The position numbers were made by a program, and so were the translations under genes. From Ylistrum balloti (Eukaryota), in contig NW_026782200.1 in NCBI RefSeq assembly GCF_031769215.1, forward strand, positions 124,001-188,000: DNA of 64,000 bases. Direction: 5' to 3'. This document shows, in pieces, positions 24,601-36,600 of this stretch. A model generated the notes under the pieces. That model had not been told where the DNA came from, searched no databases, and worked only from the letters and a program-made list of their open reading frames with translations. Positions within the stretch are counted from its first letter, which is position 1; the number at the start of each line of letters is the position of its first letter.

Positions 24601-27600
24601 TCTCTTGTAGAGACTATTCTGTTACACCTGTGTACCATAATGTCTCTAGTAGAGGTTTTTCTGTTACACCGGTGTACCATAATGTCTCTAGTAGAGGCTA
24701 TTCTGTTACACCGGTGTACCATAATGTCTCTTGTAGAGACTATTCTGTTACACCGGTGTACCATAATGTCTCTAGTAGAGGTTTTTTGTAACACCGGTGT
24801 ACCATAATGTCTCTAGTAGAGGCTATTCTGTTACACAGGTGTACTCACTTTTGATGTTAACAGATATTATAGTTTTTCATGGTCAGTAAACACATATTTT
24901 TATGGTCAGTAATAAAAAAAATCCAAAAAAAGCAGTAATAATTAGTGGAATGAGTGCTGTCGGAATCAAATCCATATTCAGTTTGTTGTAATCCATTATG
25001 GGTTAAATTTTTGAATGCACATGAATTAAAACAGTTAGCATAGAACATTAGAATTTATAGAGATTCAGCATAGAAGCAATATCGGATCATGAATCCATAT
25101 GAATTCAGTTTGGAATCTGTATGAACTGAGAATCTATATGAATATATTTAGTATAGAACCACTATGGATTACAAATTTTCAGTATAAATGGTATGGATTG
25201 AGACTCAGAGAATGCTGTCAATACAATTTTGTAGGGTTTATAAATTCATTGATAATGGATATTTACAGGGAGACTGCAGCCTACACAAGTTCTTTGTGAG
25301 TTTTAACTTGATCCTGTGTGCAGCTGTGTCTGTCCTTGCCATCTTACCAATGGTCCAGGAAGGTAAGCAAACTCTTATTTTATAAAGCTAAGATACTGTG
25401 AATACTTACTGCAGTAGTAATGATTCAGAAACGTCGGTCAAACAACGTTAGACTGATCAAGAAACATCAATGGAATCCAACACTATGATGATCTTGAGGA
25501 TTCCTAGGTCTAGTCTGTTGTATAAATATTGTGTATTTCTACTCTGCAGTGAACCCCAGATCTGGCTTGTTGCAGTCAGCGGTCATCACACTCTATGTCC
25601 AGTATCTGACCTGGTCAGCCATGTCAAACAACCCAGGTATGATTTGATTGTAAATTGATTGTTAGCCATGAAATTAATATTTTTTTTTTTTGAAGCTTTG
25701 TGAGATTGTCAGTTTTGCTGTTTTTGACATTTTGTAAAGTTAAGTAAAAAGAAGGAAGTGTAACAAACATTTAAATATTGGAATAGTTGTTCAGTAAGAC
25801 AGGATACAAACCAGAATTTTTAACATTCATTAATTATTACAGATCGCTCATGTAACCCAAGTCTGCCTGAGATATTTAGTGGAAACATTACATCCTCACC
25901 GTCTTCATCTGCTTCAAGTGGCTCCATGGTGTTTGGACAATTTGACTACCAGAGTTTGTTGGCTCTCCTTCTCTGGCTCTTTGCTGTCCTTTACTCCAGG
26001 TAAGACTTCTGGGTACCTACCTAGGACATCTGACCACAGGTCCTAAACTATAGGTTAGAATTCCAGGTACTTGCCTTAAACATCAGACCAACAGGTAATA
26101 ATGTTCTCGGCATTCTTCACCATTTCAGACAAAGCCTGGACTTTCCTTGAAAAATTTGGGTGCTGACAGGCCTTTCCTCGACACCATTAAGTTATTACTG
26201 TTACCAGGCTATAAGCAGCACCAGTAAATGAACAGCAGGGCCTTTTTTAGCGATTTTTTCTCATATGTTCTACATATAAGCTGCACCAGAATATAAGTCA
26301 TGCATTTTCTTATGATATGGTGACCACTATGTTGGTGTTTGATATACTGTTAACATTTAATGGAAGGCAGCTCTTACAAAGTATTAACTGATACATGGAC
26401 CAAAGTTTGTTGATATAACGGACAACAGGGGACAATGTATAAAGATTGTTAGTGAAACATTTAATCAAGTTTGCAAATGAATTACAGGGTATATACTGAT
26501 AATCCTTTATTTTATTGATGTATTTCAAAAAGGTAAATTGCAAAGATCAAACTTGGTTGGCTTGAGTGCCTTCACTGATTGTCTACATACAGAAGTAGGG
26601 CCTGACCTTACATACGTTTAGTAAACAAATTCTTATAATCCTGTATTATTTCTTCTTGTAAGTTACACAAAGCCATTCATATTGTAAACAAGCATGGCGG
26701 TCGCTCTAGAATTAGACAAATAACCCCATGACCTATCGATCCCAGGATGTGAAAGGTTTCCGCTATGGCTTCAAAGTAACCGTGAAAGTCCAGAAGATAT
26801 TATTGTGATTCAAATGATTTAGATGAATGGTTTATCAGAAACTTGTGCCAAACATGTAAAATGTATGGTCAGCGACTGATTGCTTTCAGAGTGCCTTATG
26901 GAATATGAAAGAAACAGATTTTAATACATTTTCATTTTGAATATTTTAGCATCAGAACCTCCACTAATAGCCAAGTGGGCAAGTTGACCATGTCTGAAAA
27001 AACAATCCTGCAGTCTGACACAGGTAGGTAGTAGAGGTCGGTCAGTTCCTGTGACCGAAAATATTATGACAAGATGTCATGGAGGATATGATTCACATGG
27101 ATATTGAACAAATGGAAATTTAGTGCTGATTAACCAAAGATACATATGAAAATATAAATTTAGAATCTTTAAAGATTGAAAAAATCTCATGAAGTCCTAG
27201 AAAGGATGAAACAGCTGTATGATGCAGTTTAAATTATTGTTTAACTCTACTGTATCACACTCTGAATTTGTGTTTAAAGGTGCTATTCATTTGTGTGTCG
27301 TTTGTACAATATTTTACAACAACCATTCAAAATTTTTTGGTTATTATTTAGAAAATTTTCCCTTTAATTCACCATTCAAAAATGTGAAAAACAGATTTAT
27401 ACTAAACTTGTCTTTATTTATCAACATAGGCATGCAATTTTATTCTAAATCTATTCAAGTAAATAATACATGTAAGGAATTAATTTTACTAATATGATTT
27501 GCATGTTATGAAAGTTGACCTGATCTACAGTACTGTTCAGAATTATGTCCCTTTAACAACTCTTCAGGGGAAAGTCTTCTATGTAAGTGATCTTGGATGT

Positions 27601-30600
27601 TTACTTCTATGTGGTTGGAACTGTCGTTCATTTCTCAATAATTTTGATTTGTATTTGTAATGCTTTAGCCACCTTTGAAGCATTTTTACTTTTATGTGGT
27701 TGGAACAGTTCATTCAGCTCATTTTACTTGTAAAGGATGGAACTTTTTAATTTCTACAAAGTAAATGATGACATTTTTCGTTACTTGTATAAGTATAATA
27801 CAAGGAATTCTGATCCAACAGTTCCAGCCATAGAAAGTAAAAGCAAGCTAGTTTGTTTTATAAAACTCACTCCCTTTTAATTAGTTCAGTACATCTGAAA
27901 TGCTATATTGGACCAAATGATTTATTTATTACAGTATACCTACTAAACACAGTTCACCTTTAATAGGTAACTTTCAACGTAAATGAACGGTATATACAAA
28001 ACAATTTCTAATTCTATCGAATAGAAGTTCCTACGTGAAAGAAAATTATGTTTGATGTTCCGATATTTTCACCACCTTCATCAGACAAGGTAATCATTGA
28101 AATGTCAAACATAATTTTCTTATTGGTTGTGTTATAAGAACTTGTAGGCAATAGACGTTAGCAACCAGAGAAAAATGTTCTGAGATGTTAGGTATGTCTT
28201 AATTCCTGAATTGTTTAATATTAAATTGATATGATCAATACCTAACTATAATGCTATTAATAGGACAATGATTTAGCGTTTGTAAGCATTATTTGTAAGC
28301 ATTTCTCTAAACATCAGTACATGTGGGTGAGCTTATTACCAGATATATGCTTCTTGCAAAATTGACAAATTTAAAAGAAAACCTAAAACAAAACAAGGAA
28401 ATTGTTTATATGTCAGATTGTAGACGTCATTGCAAGGCATTCAACAAAAATGAACTTTAAAAATAATTTAGAGATTGCATTAAAAAACTGAAATCTATGG
28501 ATTTAGAATTTGGATGATAAATATAACATTCTTTACCAGATATGACTTATTGTTTTGCAAAAAATTCTGTGTCAGCTACAGTATTAGTTGTACTGCTTCA
28601 GAGCTCAATCCTGTATGGCTAGTGCATGCTTTTTTTTTTTTTTACATAGAGTTTTGCTCGCCCCCTATTACATGACATAGTATTTATAAACTATTGTGAG
28701 TTATTGATATCCAAGGTTTTTATATGATTTTAAATGAATATTGCCAAATCTCTGAATAGTATTAATTGCTGCGGGAAAAACAGTCGCCCTGTCAGGTTTT
28801 TCAACTAGTGTTCTTTAGTAATTTTATTTCATACACCAAATGTATTGCATATCAGGTAATTTTTTTTATTTTTGCATGACGTGCATTGCTATTTTGTTAT
28901 TGTTTACAGCTGATTATCAAGGTGTGTATAGTGTTGCTGTGTTTATGTTTGTAGTCATATTAACCAAATCTTGTAGTGTTTTGTAGTGAAGATAACCAGA
29001 TATGATATTTTGTAGTCATGGTAACCAGATTTGATTACATTTTGTAGTCATGGTAACCAGATTTCATTGTGTGATTCTCTGTAATCTACTCATTTCCTCT
29101 GTCACTTATTCCTAGATCTTATGTACATTTGTAAAGGTGACACATTCATCCTCTTCTTCCTTTGAGTGTTAGCTGTTCCAGGACTATCATTGCATCTCAC
29201 CTCCATTTACAACAGGAGGCAGCTGTGTACTTTCTTCGTATGAGTTTGTCTGTTTTCTGTCCTTTCATCCATTTGTCTACTAAAAGGGAGTTTGTGAGGT
29301 ACATGTACTTCTTTCCCGATTGGTTAATTGGTTTCTTTGTGTCAACTTTGATTAATGTCGATAAATTCTAAGGGAACTCAGTTAACAAATTCGTCTTTTA
29401 GCCAGATTCTAGCTGCATATGAATTAACTATTGAAAGTGGTGTGATATGAATTGAAAAAAATATTCTAGTTAATCACTTTATCTATCCATTCGTCCATGG
29501 TTAGTAAAGGTGGGTATATAGCCACATTTTTGTCTGTCCTTTGGTCCTAGTATGAATTTTCTCTCTTTGTCGCTATGTCCAGAATGAACCTAAAGATAAA
29601 TGTACATTGTATTTACATTATCAAGTCATGTTGGGCTTCACTTCTCTTGAGATATTCAATAAAAGTTCTATCAGTCAATAATAGTCTCTAGTAAACTGAA
29701 ATTCAAGGTAACTAGGCTACACCTGACTTGTAATTTAAGGTAACCAGGCTACATCTGACTTGTAATTTAAGGTAACCAGGCTACACCTGACTTGTAATTT
29801 AAGGTAACTAGTCTACACCTGACTTGAAATTTAAGGTAACTAGGCTACACCTGACTTGTAATTTAAGGTAACTAGGCTACACCTGACTTGTAATTTAAGG
29901 TAACCAGGCTACACCTGACTTGTAATTTAAGGTAACTAGGCTACACCTGACTTGTAATTTAAGGTAACTAGGCTACACCTGACTTGTAATTTAAGGTAAC
30001 TAGGCTACACCTGACTTGTAATTTAAGGTAACCAGGCTACACCTGACTTGTAATTTAAGGTAACCAGGCTACACCTGACTTGTAATTTAAGGTAACTAGG
30101 TTACACCTGACTTGTAATTTAAGGTAACTAGGCTACACCTGACTTGTAATTTAAGGTAACCAGGCTACACCTGACTTGTAATTTAAGGTAACCAGGCTAC
30201 ACCTGACTTGTAATTTAAGGTAACTAGGTTACACCTGACTTGTAATTTAAGGTAACTAGGCTACACCTGACTTGTAATTTAAGGTAACTAGGCTACACCT
30301 GACTTGTAATTTAAGGTAACCAGGCTACACCTGACTTGTAATTTAAGGTAACCAGGCTACACCTGACTTGTAATTTAAGGTAACTAGGCTACACCTGACT
30401 TGTAATTTAAGGTAACCAGGCTACACCTGACTTGTAATTTAAGGTAACCAGGCTACACCTGACTTGTAATTTAAGGTAACCAGGCTACACCTGACTTGTA
30501 ATTTAAGGTAACTAGGCTACACCTGACTTGTAATTTAAGGTAACTAGGCTACACCTGACTTGTAATTTAAGGTAACTATGCTACACCTGACTTGTAATTT

Positions 30601-33600
30601 AAGGTAACTATGCTACACCTGACTTGTAATTTAAGGTAACCAGGCTACACCTGACTTGTAATTTAAGGTAACTAGGCTACACCTGACTTGTAATTTAAGG
30701 TAACCAGGCTACACCTGACTTGTAATTTAAGGTAACTAGGCTACACCTGACTTGTAATTTAAGGTAACTAGGCTACACCTGACTTGTAATTTAAGGTAAC
30801 TAGGCTACACCTGACTTGTAATTTAAGGTAACTAGGTTACACCTGACTTGTAATTTAAGGTAACTAGGCTACACCTGACTTGTAATTTAAGGTAGCTGGG
30901 CTACACCTGACTTGTAATTTAAGGTAACCAGGCTACACCTGACTTGTAATTTAAGGTAACTAGGCTACACCTGCCTTGTAATTTAAGGTAATTAGGCTAC
31001 ACCTGACTTGTAATTTAAGGTAGCTGTGCAACACCTGACCTGTAATCTAAGGTCGGACGTCGCCTGACTTATAATTTAAGGTAACTGGGCTACACCTGAC
31101 TTGTAATTTTAGGTAGCTTGGCTATGCCTGATGTTACTTGATGTTGTTTATTTTTTTTCAAGTTCTAACTTAAATTTACTTTATCCACATTAAATTTTTC
31201 ATATTCCTTAAATTCTCATGATAATTTTTCTTGCATATTTTTTTTTCTGTCAGTACAATGATCAATTTTTAATATCCACCCAAGGGTATTTTAGATAAGA
31301 CATAGAGTTCCTGAATCATTGCTTCAGAAAAAGCATGGTTCATTGACCTTATGATTCAAATTGTACACTGTAGTTTCTGGCATATGTTGAAAAAATTTTT
31401 GTTTCAGATTTTACTGAATATTACTCGCTATGCTGCTTCTCTTTGACAGATATGATATTAAAATATAAGTTGAATATAATAAAAATCTTACCACTGATCT
31501 GTGAAATAAAAAAACGACATTAAGATGAAGTAATTTTTTTCTCTCTTATCTTAAATGCTCTGGTTTCAGATCCTAATGAAAAATTTGGGTGAAAATTTAC
31601 TGAGAACTGAATTGAACATTTAATGATTTTTAAATTAAATGGAAATCTCTTGTTTATCAACCAGTGATTAAACATAACTTTTCATACTCACCAAAGCTCA
31701 GAAGGACTGACTGTGCTTGTGTTAAAGAATTTGTTATTGTAAACAATATGGTGTCTTTCATGAAGCAGTGGCTAAAAAAAGTTATTTTATCAGCTACAAA
31801 GTCAAGAGTTCCCAAATTGTGGAAAGAAAATCTTAGGATCAGGAAAGTAAACTAAGTGGAAATGTAAATGTGCTTTTCAAAGGGGGCCGCAAGGGGGAAA
31901 TAGTGATTGTGAAATAACAAATGTTTTAAATAGCTACACAATTTATAGTGTAACCTGTTGTGGACACTGGAATGTTTAGAAATTTTATTTTCCTAGAAAA
32001 CAAGTGTTTTAATTCTTTATCACTGCTGTTGATGTAAATTAATTAGAAAGTCACAAACAAATGTGACAGCCCCATTTTATAATTTGTTAATCACTATTTA
32101 TACTGTAAGTGCTATAACAAACCTGAAAAAATTGAGTGGAGAAACAGGAAGTGAAGTAGCATCTAGATATAGGTGTAAACAACATACCCTTTTAATTTCT
32201 ATTGATGCTATGGTGATGTCCCTTTAAGCTTTAAAATAATTCAGAAACAAAACTTTTTTCAGGCCATCAGATACAAGTCCTAGCTGAAAAGCAATGTGCC
32301 AGATTGATTTTGTCTGAAGCTTTGCATTTTTTACTAACCTGTACTAATGCTTTTACCATCACTTTCTCATTAATTGCTTGTGAGTTGGACACTTTACCTC
32401 TTCGAGTGGACACTGAACATGTTTAGAATAATCTACCGTTACACAATGGATATTGTCTGAAAGGTCATGCTTTTCTGTGCATTGTTGGACAACTTTTACC
32501 ATATAACAATTAAGTAAACTTGTAAAAATAAATATTGACTGATATTATTTGTCCTGACTATTGACCAATTCAAGGAAATGGCTGGTGATTATTGTGACAT
32601 TCTGAGAGGATGTATATAGTTATTGGTGGATTCAGAACCAAAGGGATGGGAGTAACCTTACCATTGTTCAGCAACCAAATCATCTTCTCGTCTATGTAAA
32701 TGCAAACTGGGATGCAATTTAATTCTTTCTTGTTGGAGGAATATGACTTCAATCTTCAAACTGAGTCTTTAAAAACTTGCCATATGTCTTTAACTGTCCA
32801 ATATTTTGATTATTCACCATATTATCACACTCTTTTGTGTGTAGTATTAGCTAGAAAGTGTCCGACTTGAGATCAAATAAGCCATTTTACTTTTGCCTCA
32901 AAATTGGTTCAGGGCTTGGCATTTACTTTTAAAAAGGAATCTTCTCAATCATTATCAGAACGACAGACAAAGTTTAATATTCCATTTCGACATGTTTTTT
33001 TTTTTTTCAGTTGACTTTGATGCCAAATTACAGTTGTGTCATTACATTTAAATGCTCTATAAAAAATCCCTTTATCAGCTAAGATTTACCAGATGATGGG
33101 ATTTTGTTTTGCCAAATGCCAGAAAAGACCATATATAGGGCAAGATTGGATAATCATAAAATATAATAGAAATTGGCTGACTTAGATTGTGTCCAACTCA
33201 ATACCATTTAGTCAAGTGTGATTTAATTTCTGCAGTGCTTTTCCCTAGTTTTAAGTAACATCTTGATTTTGAATTTCTTTTAAAGATACGTTTATGTTAT
33301 CATGAAATATCCACAGAATATATATGACTGAAGTTTGAATTTCCATTTAAAGCTTATTAATACCAATTGGTTCATCATGAAAAATATACCAAGATAATGT
33401 CTGTCTGCTGGACACTGACAGTGATATAAAAACATAAAGTTCTCAGTGAGCAGATGTGAAAGTTTTACTTTTATAAGCCTGAATGATGTCTTGTGAATTT
33501 TTGCCACAAATTTTTTTAGTCTGTGATGCTCTTGGATTTTGTCCAATGTAAAAGCTATATTATAGAACCTGCTGAACAAACTGTGTTCCTTGTAATAGAC

Positions 33601-36600
33601 TGACAGTAATTTTCTAGCATGTTCAAAGCTACATTAAATACCCAGTAAAATAACATTTTTACATGGACACTAACTTTTCCCATTACATGTTTGTGGCAAT
33701 TAACAACTGCAAAAAACCAACAACATATATCTGGACTCCACTATGTTATTATTTATTAACATGTAATTCACACTGATTGACTGTCATATGTTTGTTTAAA
33801 TCATCAGATTTATATTTGAAAAGCTTATTATTACAAAACAAAATAGATTTATTGTTTAAATTCTGGTATGCCAGAGTTGGCTTCAATGCCAAGCAGACAT
33901 CATTGTGCTTGACAAAGTAATGCAGTCTTACATTAATTTTTTACAGCTTCATCAGAATCTGACAAGGATGAAGAGAAAGGTGGTCAAAACGTCTGGGACA
34001 ATGAAGAAGATAGTGTAGCTTACAGTTATAGTTTCTTCCACTTCATGTTGTGTCTGGGTGCCCTGTATGTCATGATGACTCTCACCAACTGGTACAGGTA
34101 GGTACAGTTTCTTCCACTTCATGTTGTGTCTGGGTGCCCTGTATGTCATGATGACTCTCACCAACTGGTACAGGTAGGTACAGTTTCTTCCACTTCATGT
34201 TGTGTCTGGGTGCCCTGTATGTCATGATGACTCTCACCAACTGGTACAGGTAGGTACAGTTTCTTCCACTTCATGTTGTGTCTGGGTGCCCTGTATGTCA
34301 TGATGACTCTCACCAACTGGTACAGGTAGGTACAGTTTCTTCCACTTCATGTTGTGTCTGGGTGCCCTGTATGTCATGATGACTCTCACCAACTGGTACA
34401 GGTAGGTACAGTTTCTTCCACTTCATGTTGTGTCTGGGTGCCCTGTATGTCATGATGACTCTCACCAACTGGTACAGGTAGGTACAGTTTCTTCCACTTC
34501 ATGTTGTGTCTGGGTGCCCTGTATGTCATGATGACTCTCACCAACTGGTACAGGTAGGTACAGTTTCTTCCACTTCATGTTGTGTCTGGGTGCCCTGTAT
34601 GTCATGATGACTCTCACCAACTGGTACAGGTAGGTACAGTTTCTTCCACTTCATGTTGTGTCTGGGTGCCCTGTATGTCATGATGACTCTCACCAACTGG
34701 TACAGGTAGGTACAGTTTCTTCCACTTCATGTTGTGTCTGGGTGCCCTGTATGTCATGATGACTCTCACCAACTGGTACAGGTAGGTACAGTTTCTTCCA
34801 CTTCATGTTGTGTCTGGGTGCCCTGTATGTCATGATGACTCTCACCAACTGGTACAGGTAGGTACAGTTTCTTCCACTTCATGTTGTGTCTGGGTGCCCT
34901 GTATGTCATGATGACTCTCACCAACTGGTACAGGTAGGTACAGTTTCTTCCACTTCATGTTGTGTCTGGGTGCCCTGTATGTCATGATGACTCTCACCAA
35001 CTGGTACAGGTAGGTACAGTTTCTTCCACTTCATGTTGTGTCTGGGTGCCCTGTATGTCATGATGACTCTCACCAACTGGTACAGGTAGGTACAGTTTCT
35101 TCCACTTCATGTTGTGTCTGGGTGCCCTGTATGTCATGATGACTCTCACCAACTGGTACAGGTAGGTACAGTTTCTTCCACTTCATGTTGTGTCTGGGTG
35201 CCCTGTATGTCATGATGACTCTCACCAACTGGTACAGGTAGGTACAGTTTCTTCCACTTCATGTTGTGTCTGGGTGCCCTGTATGTCATGATGACTCTCA
35301 CCAACTGGTACAGGTAGGTACAGTTTCTTCCACTTCATGTTGTGTCTGGGTGCCCTGTATGTCATGATGACTCTCACCAACTGGTACAGGTAGGTACAGT
35401 TTCTTCCACTTCATGTTGTGTCTGGGTGCCCTGTATGTCATGATGACTCTCACCAACTGGTACAGGTAGGTACAGTTTCTTCCACTTCATGTTGTGTCTG
35501 GGTGCCCTGTATGTCATGATGACTCTCACCAACTGGTACAGGTAGGTACAGTTTCTTCCACTTCATGTTGTGTCTGGGTGCCCTGTATGTCATGATGACT
35601 CTCACCAACTGGTACAGGTAGGTACAGTTTCTTCCACTTCATGTTGTGTCTGGGTGCCCTGTATGTCATGATGACTCTCACCAACTGGTACAGGTAGGTA
35701 CAGTTTCTTCCACTTCATGTTGTGTCTGGGCGCCCTGTATGTCATGATGACTCTCACCAACTGGTACAGGTAGGTACAGTTTCTTCCACTTCATGTTGTG
35801 TATGGGTGCCCTGTATGTCATGATGACTCTCACCAACTGGTACAGGTAGGTACAGTTTCTTCCACTTCATGTTGTGTCTGGGTGCCCTGTATGTCATGAT
35901 GACTCTCACCAACTGGTACAGGTAGGTACATTTCTTCCACTTTATGTTGTGTCTGGGTGCCCTGTATGTCATGATGACTCTCACCAACTGGTACAGGTAG
36001 GTACAGTTTCTTCCACTTCATGTTGTGTCTGGGCGCCCTGTATGTCATGATGACACCAACTGGTACATGTAGGTAATTTCTTCCACTTCATGTTGTATCT
36101 GGGCGCCCTGTATGTCATGATGACTTGGGTTCATTAGAGTAGTGTCCTCAGGTGGATCCAGTTAGGGTTCATTAGAGAACATCCTCAGGTGGATCCAGTT
36201 AGGGTTCATTAGAGAACATCCTCAGGTGGATCCAGTTAGGGTTCATTAGAGAACATCCTCAGGTGGATCCAGTTGGGATTCATTAGAGAACGTCCTCAGG
36301 TGGATCCGTATAGAATTCATTAGAGTAGCGTCCTCGAGTGGATCCAGTAAGGATTCAATAGAGATCCCTAACAAAAAAACGTAATAATGTTCCGAATGTC
36401 TATAGCGGATGACATATTCCACAAAATGTCCTTGTAGTTTTGAGTTTCCTTTTTTGCTTTACTAGGTCGAAATAATGAAATTTTTATCTGCTGTCTCTTT
36501 GCAGCCCGAGTTCTGACTTTAACACTCTGAACTTCAACATGCCTGCGCTGTGGGTAAAGATCTCCTCGACCTGGGTTTGCTTAACCCTTTATGTCTGGAC

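Noticed and set aside
22398-24807. Long ORFs of up to 282 aa on both strands with 14-aa periodicity
   Set aside because: They are translations of the 42-bp (3x14) minisatellite, open in several frames at once, inside a SERINC intron.
29705-36125. Regular short repeats that might suggest CRISPR arrays
   Set aside because: Units are head-to-tail with no unique spacers, there are no cas genes, and the context is a spliced eukaryotic gene.
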